DNA of 64,000 nucleotides, from the NCBI GenBank assembly GCA_965207885.1, contig OZ242311.1:2496001-2560000 (forward strand), written 5' to 3'. Under the pieces are notes generated by a model. It searched no databases, was not told the origin of the DNA, and worked only from the letters and a program-made list of their open reading frames with translations. The translations under genes were made by a program, and so were the position numbers. The stretch is from Candidatus Latescibacterota bacterium (GTDB lineage: Bacteria; Latescibacterota; UBA2968). The first letter of the stretch is position 1; every line of letters begins with the position of its first letter. Positions 30,517 through 39,801 of the stretch are shown here, piece by piece.

Positions 30517-31347
30517 TTATAGCTGTTTGATGTCGATGCCGCCGTTGAGGGTTTGGAGTTTGATATTCGGGCCATTTCCGCCATTGAGGTTGCCACGGAG
30601 AGACTTGCTAATGCGCCCGCCAACGCGCCCTTTGACTTCAATTGGAAATTCTGTATCAATATGGCCTATCGTACTTTTGGCTTGAATGTGATCTTGAAAG
30701 TCTGAGGGAAGGGACAGTTTCAACCCGCCGTTTACAGTTTCTGCACGAATGTCGTCCTGTATTTGCTCGGCAATTGCGATTTCAATGCTGCCGTTCACGG
30801 TTTCGGCTTTTATACCACCGATAATCTCAGTGAGATTGATTTTGCCGTTCACGGTTTCAACATCGATTGCGCCGCGCGTGCCATTGATTTTGATACTGCC
30901 ATTCACGGTTTCGCTTTTCACATTGCCCGTAGTCGAGGGGATAGAAATACTTCCGTTGACTGTATCGAGGTCCAGGCGCACGTTTTTGGGGACTGTGATT
31001 GTATAGTTTACGCTTATATTCCAGTCCTTAAATAGGTTCCACTTGTTGTCGGGGCGTTGGGTGCGAATCTCGATACCGCTGTCTGTTTCTTCAATTTCGA
31101 TGGTGGTGGTTTCGAGTAGTTCTTCGGCGCCTTCTTCATCGCTCGCTTTTGCTTTTTTTACGGCGCGGACAAAGACCTGATCGCTGGTCCAGGTTTTAAG
31201 CGTGATTCCACCATTGCGGGCATGTATAGAGAGCATTTTGCCAGGGGCAAAATCAAGGGTGTATTCGACGATTTCTTCGCGTTTTTCCGAGGCACTGGCC
31301 GGGAGTGTGAATAATGCGGCAAGAACGAAAATCAGGCGCGAGGTCAT
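30517..31347 (-). CDS. DUF4097-type beta-repeat (adhesin-like) secreted protein
   Basis: Signal peptide; repeated ETVNGSI units. Confidence 0.85.
   Translation of the reverse strand: MTSRLIFVLAALFTLPASASEKREEIVEYTLDFAPGKMLSIHARNGGITLKTWTSDQVFVRAVKKAKASDEEGAEELLETTTIEIEETDSGIEIRTQRPDNKWNLFKDWNISVNYTITVPKNVRLDLDTVNGSISIPSTTGNVKSETVNGSIKINGTRGAIDVETVNGKINLTEIIGGIKAETVNGSIEIAIAEQIQDDIRAETVNGGLKLSLPSDFQDHIQAKSTIGHIDTEFPIEVKGRVGGRISKSLRGNLNGGNGPNIKLQTLNGGIDIKQL
30791..30966 (-). repeat. 54-bp (18-aa) intragenic repeat encoding (E/D)TVNG(S/K)I
   Basis: Units at 30791, 30845, 30899 and 30953. Confidence 0.75.
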
Positions 31348-31514
31348 GGCAAGCCTCCCTATAAGTTGTAGGTTGTGAAACGCAACAGTGAGGTAAAGAA
31401 TTAGACTCGTTCTTATATTAAGGGTTTCGGATTTTTGGGATTGAAGTGAAACAATTTTGGGACAGACCCCACTATTTTTTATAAAAAGGATTACATCGAG
31501 TCTTTCGAGGGGAT

Positions 31515-32054
31515 ATGGCTTCAAGCAAGATGCGGCGAATTATCGTAGTGGGCACCTGCGGGTCGGGCAAGACAACTTTAGCGGCTGAGATTGCCCGGCG
31601 ATTGCATGCCCCTCACATTGAGCTGGATGCTCTGCATTGGGGACCAAACTGGACACCTGTCGATCTTGATGTTTTCAGGGCAAAGACAGAAGAAGCACTG
31701 AAGAATGACAGTTGGGCAGTGGACGGAAATTATAGCAAGGTGCGCGATATTGTGTGGCCGCGAGCCGATACAGTGGTGTGGCTGCGGTATTCGCTCTTTG
31801 TCATTTACCGGCAGCTTACGCGGCGTACTTTGAGACGAGTGTGGTGCAAAGAGGTGTTGTGGAGTGGTAACAGGGAAGAGTGGCACAATGTGTTTGCACG
31901 CGATTCCCTGTTTTTGTGGGCAATAACTTCCAATCGCAAACACCGTCGCCGTTATCCGTTATTATTCGAAGAGTACGATCATTTGAAGGTTGTGGTATTG
32001 AATTCGCCCAGAGAAATGCGCCAGTGGCTACGAGAGACTTTTCCCGAGAAATAG
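31515..32054 (+). CDS. Adenylate-kinase-like P-loop protein (FlaR/topology modulation family)
   Basis: GTCGSGKTT, ELDALHWGPNW, WAVDGNY, ADTVVWL. Confidence 0.85.
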   Translation: MASSKMRRIIVVGTCGSGKTTLAAEIARRLHAPHIELDALHWGPNWTPVDLDVFRAKTEEALKNDSWAVDGNYSKVRDIVWPRADTVVWLRYSLFVIYRQLTRRTLRRVWCKEVLWSGNREEWHNVFARDSLFLWAITSNRKHRRRYPLLFEEYDHLKVVVLNSPREMRQWLRETFPEK

Positions 32055-32077
32055 AGGTTGGCCATCAGCGGCGTATC

Positions 32078-33991
32078 ATGACGCCAAAGGCATTGACGGT
32101 TGGGGTTCTGATCGTTGTCGCGGTGAATCTGTTGGCGCCGTTTTCCGAGTGGATTGTGCGATCCACGCTGTTGACGACCAATTATTTTCCGCTGGGGTTG
32201 GCGGCGTTGTTCATTTTTGTGGTTGTGGTTTTAAACCCGGTTTTGAAGGCAGTGAAGCGCGAGGGAGGATTGACGGGTGATGAATTGGGCGTGGTCTATA
32301 CGATGCTTTTGGCGGCGGTATCGGTGCCGACTTATGGGGTGACTGGTTATGTGATTTCCGTGTCGGCTTCGCCCTTTTATTTTGCGACAACTGAAAATGG
32401 TTGGGGCGAATTTATACACGACCATGTGCCCCTGTGGGCTGTGCCCGGAGGGGGACGCGCAGTGGCGTGGTTTTTTGAGGGTTTGCCGCCGGGCGCGAAA
32501 ATTCCGTGGGAAGTGTGGATCATGCCGTTGTTCTGGTGGGGATCGGTGATTGTCGCAACACTGACGCTTTGCACTTGTCTTATTGCGGTGTTTCGCAAGC
32601 AGTGGGTAGATAAAGAGCGGCTGAATTTTCCTCTGGTTGATGTGCCGCTGGCGATGATGGATGGCGCCGAAGATGGTCGGATTTTGCCAAAATTTATGCG
32701 TAGCCGATTGTTCTGGGTCGGCTTTGCCCTTGCCGCAGGCAAAATTGCTTGGAATGTGCCGGGTTATTTTTTTGAGGCCTGGCCGAGTATTCCCGCTATT
32801 CGATTGAGCATTCCGGGTGGGCAGGTTTGGCCGGGTATTTCGTCAAATTTTTCGCTGCCTCTGGTGGGGATTACGTATTTTGTCAATGTGGATGTGATTT
32901 TTAGTGTGTGGTTTTTCAACTTGTTTAATATGGCTGAGATCGCGCTGTTTAATCGCACGGGATTTACCATTGGCACATCAGAGGTTTATTCGGTGAGTCC
33001 GGCAGCGTTGGGATGGCAGGGGTTTGGGGCGTTTGTGGCGATCGTGCTGGGCAGTATTTGGGTTGCGCGCGAACATTTGCGCGGGGTGTGGCGAACCGCG
33101 TTGGGACAAGACAATGGCGTTTCAGACCGCGATGAGATCATGGGCTATCGCACAGCGCTGATAGGGATTGCGCTTGGGGTCGTGTACATTCTTTTTTGGT
33201 TGACGCGCATTGGCATCCACCCCGGCGTGGCTTTGTTGCTTCTCTTTGCGGTTATTACGCTTTATCTGGGTCTGACGCGCATTGTCATTGAAGGCGGACT
33301 GGTTTTTGTGCGGGGACCTCTCGTGCCGCAGGCTTATGCGATGCATCTCATTGGTCCGGCGGATTTGACGGGTTCAACGATGACAGGGCTGGGACTGTCG
33401 TATGGATGGGCATGCGATCCCATCGCCACATTTATGCCTTTTGGCGCAAATGCTGCACGCGTACACAGCGAGCGCCGATTTCCTCAAGGCGTTTATCTCA
33501 CTGCGGTTGGATTGGCACTGGGTATTAGTCTGATTGTATCTTTTTATTTTTCGCTCAAGCTGGCGTATGCTTCGGGTGCATACAATTTTGGCGAGTGGGT
33601 CTTTCGCCGTGGGGGACAGGTCCCTTATGATACGGTTGTAGCTAAAATTAAGGCGGCAGAGACGCTCAAATTTGGTCATTTTGCGTTTTTGGGCATTGGT
33701 GCGCTTGTGACGGTTTTGTTGACGTACTTACGTCATCGCTTCGCATGGTGGCGCTTGCATCCTATCGGGTTTTCAATTGCTTCTGTGGGACAAGTACGAT
33801 GGACCCTGTTGTCGCTATTTGCCGCCTGGGCGATTAAAACACTTTTGATCCGCTTTGGCGGTTTGATGCTTTACAATGGCGCAAAGCCCTTTTTTGTGGG
33901 TCTGGTCGTGGGGCACTTTTCCGGTGCTGGTATATCGTTTATTATCGATGCGTTGTGGTTTCGCGGACATGGACACAGTTTGTATTTTTAA
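32078..33991 (+). CDS. Polytopic membrane protein, DUF6785/DUF6784-like putative transporter
   Basis: Many TM segments; IPWEVWxxPL, RKQWVDKERLNFP, WRLHPIG, KPFFVGLVVG. Confidence 0.7.
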   Translation: MTPKALTVGVLIVVAVNLLAPFSEWIVRSTLLTTNYFPLGLAALFIFVVVVLNPVLKAVKREGGLTGDELGVVYTMLLAAVSVPTYGVTGYVISVSASPFYFATTENGWGEFIHDHVPLWAVPGGGRAVAWFFEGLPPGAKIPWEVWIMPLFWWGSVIVATLTLCTCLIAVFRKQWVDKERLNFPLVDVPLAMMDGAEDGRILPKFMRSRLFWVGFALAAGKIAWNVPGYFFEAWPSIPAIRLSIPGGQVWPGISSNFSLPLVGITYFVNVDVIFSVWFFNLFNMAEIALFNRTGFTIGTSEVYSVSPAALGWQGFGAFVAIVLGSIWVAREHLRGVWRTALGQDNGVSDRDEIMGYRTALIGIALGVVYILFWLTRIGIHPGVALLLLFAVITLYLGLTRIVIEGGLVFVRGPLVPQAYAMHLIGPADLTGSTMTGLGLSYGWACDPIATFMPFGANAARVHSERRFPQGVYLTAVGLALGISLIVSFYFSLKLAYASGAYNFGEWVFRRGGQVPYDTVVAKIKAAETLKFGHFAFLGIGALVTVLLTYLRHRFAWWRLHPIGFSIASVGQVRWTLLSLFAAWAIKTLLIRFGGLMLYNGAKPFFVGLVVGHFSGAGISFIIDALWFRGHGHSLYF

Positions 33992-34002
33992 GAAGGAGGT
34001 TT

Positions 34003-35430
34003 ATGATGAATGTGATTTGTATTTGTCTGGATACGTTTCGCGCCGATATTGTCGGGTCAAATCAGAAGTTGAGTTTTGTCGAGACGCCAAATATGGATGC
34101 GTTTGCCGCAGAGTCCGTGGTGTTTGAACGGGCTTTCGGGGAATGCCAGCCGACGCTGCAGACGCGGCGGGGTTTGTTTACGGGGCGGCGCACCTTTCCC
34201 TGGCGATACAATTTTGATCGGCGCGGGCACTGGCATCACGCGCCCGGTTGGCACAAAATTCCGCCGGAACAAGATACGCTCGCTGAAATTCTGGTTGCGA
34301 ATGGGTATATGACCGGGTTGGTCGCCGATACGTATCACATGTTTAAGCCGACGATGAATTATACGCGCGGATTTGTGACGTATGATTTTATTCGCGGACA
34401 GGAGAGCGACAACTGGCGGTTTGGCACGCGGGAATCGATTGAAGATTTGTTGCGGCCGCATGTGCGTGAACCGATCAACTGGGATCGGCATGTCGGGCTA
34501 ATGCAATACATGTTCAATCAGAAGTTTCGGCAATGCGAAGAGGATTACAGTTGTGCGCGTGTGTTTCGGCGCGCGGCGGATTGGCTGAGCGAGAATGCAA
34601 ACAATGCGCCGTTTTTCCTGTGGGTCGATTCTTTTGATCCGCACGAACCATGGGATCCGCCGCGGGAATATGCAGATCGGTATATGCCCGATTGGGATGG
34701 GAAGGATTTTATTACACCTGGGGCTGGAAATGAAGGCGATGGGGTGAGCGATTCGGAGAGAGAACGGATCAAGGCGCTTTATTTTGGGGAGGTCACACTG
34801 GTGGATCGCTGGGTGGGGCATTTGCTGGAGCGGGTCGATGATCTGGGTCTGAAAAGCGATACGATTGTGATGTTGATGTCAGATCACGGCACGCAGGTAC
34901 TGGATCACGGACAATTTGGCAAAGGACCAGATCGCCTGCATCCGTACAACACGCGGTTGAACTGGATGGTGCGACATCCCGATGTGTGCAAGCGCGTTTC
35001 GGGTTTTGTTCAGGCGCACGATTTGTTGCCTACTGTGTTGGGCTTGCTGGATATTCCCTGCCAGGCCGTGGAGGGGGCAGATGTCTGGCCGCTGGTGACG
35101 GGAGAGGTGGATGCTGTGCGGGATCACGTTGTGATTGGCTGGGCCAGTTTTTCAACCGGGCCAGCCACGGGCAGGGCATCAGTGCGCGATGATCAGTGGA
35201 ATTATACGGTGAGTTTGAATGATGTGAACAATGAACAACTCTTTGACCTTGTTGCCGATCCCGATGAGCATACCAATGTCGCTGCAGATCATCCCGATGT
35301 GGTGGCTTTGCAAAGATCGCGCATCCAGGCGGTGATTCACCAGCCCCTGCCCGCCACGTTTAACGAAGTGTGCGACAACGCGCCCTCACCGAGTGCTATG
35401 TTTGTGCAGGGGAGAAGAAGAATGGGTTAA
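34003..35430 (+). CDS. Sulfatase-like alkaline phosphatase superfamily hydrolase with Thr at nucleophile position
   Basis: [32 protein letters not shown]. Confidence 0.85.
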   Translation: MMNVICICLDTFRADIVGSNQKLSFVETPNMDAFAAESVVFERAFGECQPTLQTRRGLFTGRRTFPWRYNFDRRGHWHHAPGWHKIPPEQDTLAEILVANGYMTGLVADTYHMFKPTMNYTRGFVTYDFIRGQESDNWRFGTRESIEDLLRPHVREPINWDRHVGLMQYMFNQKFRQCEEDYSCARVFRRAADWLSENANNAPFFLWVDSFDPHEPWDPPREYADRYMPDWDGKDFITPGAGNEGDGVSDSERERIKALYFGEVTLVDRWVGHLLERVDDLGLKSDTIVMLMSDHGTQVLDHGQFGKGPDRLHPYNTRLNWMVRHPDVCKRVSGFVQAHDLLPTVLGLLDIPCQAVEGADVWPLVTGEVDAVRDHVVIGWASFSTGPATGRASVRDDQWNYTVSLNDVNNEQLFDLVADPDEHTNVAADHPDVVALQRSRIQAVIHQPLPATFNEVCDNAPSPSAMFVQGRRRMG

Positions 35431-36098
35431 ACCACCACGGGGTCGCTATTTTTTGCGGCTTGCCAGGTGCGCCAGTCGCTGAGGAAGCGTTCCAGACCGA
35501 TGTCGGTTAGGGGATGTGCGAGTAACTTGCTCAATACATCGGGCGGGAGGGTCGCAACATCTGCGCCAGCAAGCGCGCATTCGACAACGTGTTTGGGCGA
35601 GCGCAAACTCGCGGCCAGGACCTGGGTTTTAAATCCATAATTGTCGTAAATCTGGCGGACTGTGCTGATCAATTCCATGCCGTCTTGTCCCAAATCATCC
35701 AGGCGGCCAATAAATGGGCTGATATAAGTCGCGCCTGCTTTGGCGGCCATCAGTGCCTGATTTGCGGAGAAGCAAAGGGTTACGTTTACGCGAATCCCTT
35801 CGTCCGAACACGTTTTGATCGCTTTTAGACCGTCCGGTGTAATCGGAATTTTCACCACTACCTGTTCGTGGATTGCAGCATTTCGACGCGCTTCGGCGAT
35901 CATGCCTTCGGTGTCGGTGCTGACCACTTCTGCGCTTACTGGTCCATCTACAATTCCGCAGATTGCGCGAATGATGTCTTCAAATTCACCTTCTTCCTGC
36001 GACATAAGAGAAGGATTTGTCGTCACGCCATCCAGCACACCCATGGCCTGGGCTTCGCGGATTTCGTCTAAATTGGCTGTGTCGATAAAGAACTTCAT
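35427..36098 (-). CDS. tal: Transaldolase (short FSA/TalC type)
   Basis: [45 protein letters not shown]. Confidence 0.93.
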   Translation of the reverse strand: MKFFIDTANLDEIREAQAMGVLDGVTTNPSLMSQEEGEFEDIIRAICGIVDGPVSAEVVSTDTEGMIAEARRNAAIHEQVVVKIPITPDGLKAIKTCSDEGIRVNVTLCFSANQALMAAKAGATYISPFIGRLDDLGQDGMELISTVRQIYDNYGFKTQVLAASLRSPKHVVECALAGADVATLPPDVLSKLLAHPLTDIGLERFLSDWRTWQAAKNSDPVVV

Positions 36099-36111
36099 GT
36101 ATGCCTCCTTT

Positions 36112-37158
36112 TTAAAATACGCGCTCGACCAAAAATGAACACATTTCTCTGAGTATTTCTCTCGATTCCGACGGGGGCAACTGGGCGAGGCGCGCTTCGG
36201 CAGATTCGGCGCGCGTTTGGCAAGCCCGTTGCGCTTTTTCGATTGCGCCATATCTTCCCATCAAGTCAATCACCCACTCGACGTCTTCTTGCGATGTTGC
36301 ATCTCGATCTCGATCCAGAATTTCTCGCACTTTTTGATTTTCCTCTGGCGTACAGTGGTTGAGTAAATCGATGACCATCAAGGTGCGCTTGCCCTCGGCA
36401 ATGTCCCCGCCGCGCTCTTTGCCATAACCCCCGGATGTGGTTGTGGGAGCTAATGTTGCATCGGTATCTTCAACGACGATATTGAGCAAATCATCGCGAA
36501 TTTGAAATGCAACAGCTATGGCTTCGCCAAAATCGCCAATCGCCCGCTTCATATCATTGCCAGCACCCGCAATAATCGCGCCCATAGTACAGGGACCGCG
36601 GCCGCTATACCATCCTGTTTTGCGCCGCAGCATGTCAACAAAATCGCGTACATCGGGAATGACTTCGGCATCAATCCAGCCGATATCATAAGCCTGTCCT
36701 TCAAATGTTGTTTGTGCGCCCTGTATCATTTCACAAAGCAAATCGAGCGTTGTTGTTTCTCCTAAAATTTCGCGATTTGCCTGCAATATTTCAAATACTT
36801 TTGAATAAAGCGCGTCGCCCACGTTAATGCTCAGTGGAATCCCGTGTATCAGATGCAAGCACGGCTTTCCTCGCCGCATCAAAGAGGCATCCTCTATATC
36901 GTCGTGTACCAGGGCAAAGGACTGAAATAATTCAAAAGCAGCAGCCGTTCGCAAACCCACGTTGGGATCACCGCCAAATGCTTCAATGCCCAGCAGCACC
37001 AGGGCCGATCTAAACCGCTTGCCACCGCGCTGGGGATAATCGCGCATAGGCGCGTACAAAAAATCAATTGGATCTTTATCTTTGGGCAAGAACTGATACA
37101 TTTCCTCGTCGATACGAGGCACCCAGGTTTCCAAATAGTTTTTTAATCGCGTTTCCAT
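36112..37158 (-). CDS. Short-chain polyprenyl diphosphate (GGPP-type) synthase
   Basis: [41 protein letters not shown]. Confidence 0.9.
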   Translation of the reverse strand: METRLKNYLETWVPRIDEEMYQFLPKDKDPIDFLYAPMRDYPQRGGKRFRSALVLLGIEAFGGDPNVGLRTAAAFELFQSFALVHDDIEDASLMRRGKPCLHLIHGIPLSINVGDALYSKVFEILQANREILGETTTLDLLCEMIQGAQTTFEGQAYDIGWIDAEVIPDVRDFVDMLRRKTGWYSGRGPCTMGAIIAGAGNDMKRAIGDFGEAIAVAFQIRDDLLNIVVEDTDATLAPTTTSGGYGKERGGDIAEGKRTLMVIDLLNHCTPEENQKVREILDRDRDATSQEDVEWVIDLMGRYGAIEKAQRACQTRAESAEARLAQLPPSESREILREMCSFLVERVF

Positions 37159-39603
37159 TTATCGCTTAAATTCCTTTACTTTTTTGCGAATTTTTGCCTC
37201 GACATTTGCCGATAGTGGCCGAACGGGAATTTTTTCATCGCTGTGAGTAGCAACACCACCTGCGATGGGTATTTCAAGACGCGGATGTTTGGGTACATAA
37301 GGTTCTTTTTCCAACATGGCATGTAACAAGACGAGGGCGGCTTCTTTGTCGGGAATCGTTCCTCTCGTATTGCCATCGTCGCCGGGGGGCAATGGCGCGC
37401 CTACACACGACGGACACCCTGCTTCGCATTCACATTCCGATACGACCATCCAGCAGGCTGTTATGACATCTTCGATCATCTCATAAGCTTTTTCCGAAAA
37501 ACCAATACCTCCCGGATGCCGGTCATATACAAATGCGGTCGGTCGCCCCGTATTGGAGCTATCTATTGTGGTGCCAATATCCATGACATCGCACATTGCA
37601 AATAAGGGGAGCACTTCTCCCATTACATTGGCAATGCCTTTGAGTCCTTCAGATGGCACGCGCCCATGTCGCCGGCACTGGTTTAGCCCTTCTTGAGGCG
37701 GTACAACCCAACAGGCGGCTGTATCGAGCTTGCGCTCGGGCAAATCGAGATTTTCCCAGCCAATGCTGTCGCGGTCTTCGAATTTTACTTTTTTAAACAT
37801 CGTTACCAGTGACGAGACTGAGACGTCGCCAAAATATACGTCACTGACGCGCCATGTGCCCGATATTTCGGTATCATTTACGACAATACTCGTCTCGTCA
37901 ACTGCCTGGGTATAATAATCCAGTGCTTTTTGGCTTACCCGCGCAATTTTGCGCTCTGTATCGAGTTGATCGACAAAGTACGTCTGCCCATTGTGCAAAT
38001 ATACAGCGTGTGTGTGTATCTGAAAAAACGCGCTGATTTCATCCAGGGAACCGATGACCTGCGGGTCACTTTCTGTCTCGTCAATAATAGTATAAGTCAG
38101 ATCGCTGATATTGCGTAGCCCAACCTCTGCTGCGGGATATCCCGATTGGCTGTAAAACCACTGCCCGTTGAGCTGGCGCGCCATGCCTTCATCTGACAGG
38201 ATCTCGAGCAGCGCACCGGTAAATTCTCCCATTACTTCGCCTTCTTCGCCCCGCACGGGCAATTCGCGCAAAGCACACCGCAGATGTCCCACGACGAGAT
38301 GCGGATTGTTGGGGTCAATAGTTGCGTGTTCGGGCGATTGTCCGAAAAAGTAAGCCGGGTCGCGCATCAAAAATTGATCGATGGGCGCGTTGTGTGCCAC
38401 AAAGACCACCAGCGACTCTTCGGACTGCCGTCCAGCCCGCCCAGCTTGCTGCCACATGCTGGAAATACTGCCCGGATATCCCACAATTAACGCGGCATCC
38501 AGGTCTCCAATATCAATGCCCAATTCCAGGGCGTTGGTACTCACCACGCCGAGCAACTCACCTTCAAATAATTGTCGCTCAATTTCTCTCCGTTCTGCGG
38601 GCAAATATCCGCCGCGATAAGCCCGAACTGCGCCTGCCAACCGCTGGCTTACCAGTGATAGATCTTCTTGCACATAGCGATAGATCACTTCTGCGGATGT
38701 GCGTGCTCTCACAAACGCGATGGTTTGCACTCTGTTGTGGATGAGTTTGCCGAGCAACCAGCGCGCCTCGGTATTTGAACTGCGTCGATCACTCGTGGTG
38801 CCTTCCAGAAAAGGCGGATTCCAGAACGCAAAATGGCGTTTGCCTCTCGGGGAGCCATCCCGATCAATCAGGCACATCGGCTGTCCGGTCAATGCTTCGG
38901 CGTGTTCTTTGGGATTTGCTATGGTCGCCGAGCAGCACACGAATTGCGGGGGCGTGCCATAGTGCGCGCAAATTCGCATCAGGCGGCGCAATACATTGGC
39001 TACATGCGAGCCAAAGACCCCCCGGTAAGTGTGTATTTCGTCGAGCACCACATAGCGCAAATTCTGAAAAAAACGCGCCCAGCGCGGGTGGTTGGGCAAT
39101 ACGCCCTGATGCAACATATCGGGATTGCTCAAAATCACCCGCCCCTCTTCGCGCAGTGTTTTGCGCTGGTTGGACGGCTTATCCCCATCGTAAGTACCCA
39201 GAGAAAATTTCAATTGCTCGTTTAATTCGCCAAACCGCGCCAGTCCTCGCGCCTGATCCTGTGCCAGGGCTTTGGTCGGGAAGAGATAGAGCGCGGTTGC
39301 CTGTGGGTCGGATAACAGTGCTTCCAGTGTGGGTATTTGATAACACAGGGTTTTTCCACTCGCCGTTGCCGTTACGACTACTACGTCTTCCTGACGCCTT
39401 AGTGCGGCCAGCGCATCGGCCTGATGCGTATAGAGCCGATCAATGTCTTGCTGTTTCAAGGCGTCGGAGATTGCGGGATGCAGCGCGCAGTCATCAGCGA
39501 CGAATGTAGCTTCTTGCGCGGGTATGGTTTCTATATGGGCTACCTGACCGGCATACCCATAGTCGCGGCGAACATGCGCGATAAATTGATTAAAATTCAT
39601 CAT
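37159..39603 (-). CDS. DEAH helicase with DUF1998 (MrfA/Hrq1/SftH family)
   Basis: TASGKT, PTKALAQDQ, DEIH, SATIANP, ELGIDIG, QQAGRAGR, C-terminal CECEAGCPSC. Confidence 0.92.
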   Translation of the reverse strand: MMNFNQFIAHVRRDYGYAGQVAHIETIPAQEATFVADDCALHPAISDALKQQDIDRLYTHQADALAALRRQEDVVVVTATASGKTLCYQIPTLEALLSDPQATALYLFPTKALAQDQARGLARFGELNEQLKFSLGTYDGDKPSNQRKTLREEGRVILSNPDMLHQGVLPNHPRWARFFQNLRYVVLDEIHTYRGVFGSHVANVLRRLMRICAHYGTPPQFVCCSATIANPKEHAEALTGQPMCLIDRDGSPRGKRHFAFWNPPFLEGTTSDRRSSNTEARWLLGKLIHNRVQTIAFVRARTSAEVIYRYVQEDLSLVSQRLAGAVRAYRGGYLPAERREIERQLFEGELLGVVSTNALELGIDIGDLDAALIVGYPGSISSMWQQAGRAGRQSEESLVVFVAHNAPIDQFLMRDPAYFFGQSPEHATIDPNNPHLVVGHLRCALRELPVRGEEGEVMGEFTGALLEILSDEGMARQLNGQWFYSQSGYPAAEVGLRNISDLTYTIIDETESDPQVIGSLDEISAFFQIHTHAVYLHNGQTYFVDQLDTERKIARVSQKALDYYTQAVDETSIVVNDTEISGTWRVSDVYFGDVSVSSLVTMFKKVKFEDRDSIGWENLDLPERKLDTAACWVVPPQEGLNQCRRHGRVPSEGLKGIANVMGEVLPLFAMCDVMDIGTTIDSSNTGRPTAFVYDRHPGGIGFSEKAYEMIEDVITACWMVVSECECEAGCPSCVGAPLPPGDDGNTRGTIPDKEAALVLLHAMLEKEPYVPKHPRLEIPIAGGVATHSDEKIPVRPLSANVEAKIRKKVKEFKR

Positions 39604-39679
39604 GCGGGAAGGGCTTTTGAATTCCAAAGGGAGAGAGAAAGGAAGTGAAAAATAAAGAGGGAGGTACGATAACTATAGA

Positions 39680-39708
39680 AATATAGTTGGAAGGTGAAAA
39701 TGGGTCAA
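39680..39708 (-). promoter_or_regulatory. sigma70-type promoter for helicase-GGPPS-tal
   Basis: Minus strand TTGACC-17 nt-TATATT. Confidence 0.6.
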
Positions 39709-39801
39709 CTTAAAAGAGGCGAACAGGAGGCGGGATTTACGTATTAGAGTAGGGATTTTTAGAAGGTGTGCCTGACAGTGTGCGAGGGTGAGTGCCAACA
39801 A

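Noticed and set aside
30791-30966. Regularly spaced repeats as a CRISPR-like array
   Set aside because: In-frame 54-bp coding repeats of a DUF4097 beta-solenoid; no cas genes.
37159-39603. DUF1998 helicase as DISARM/Druantia component
   Set aside because: Single-chain MrfA/Hrq1 architecture coupled to housekeeping GGPPS and tal; no drmA, drmC or methylase partners.
39771-39797. Possible CIRCE (minus strand TTGGCACTC-N9-CACTGTCAG)
   Set aside because: The right arm is too degenerate and the site is not upstream of a chaperone gene.
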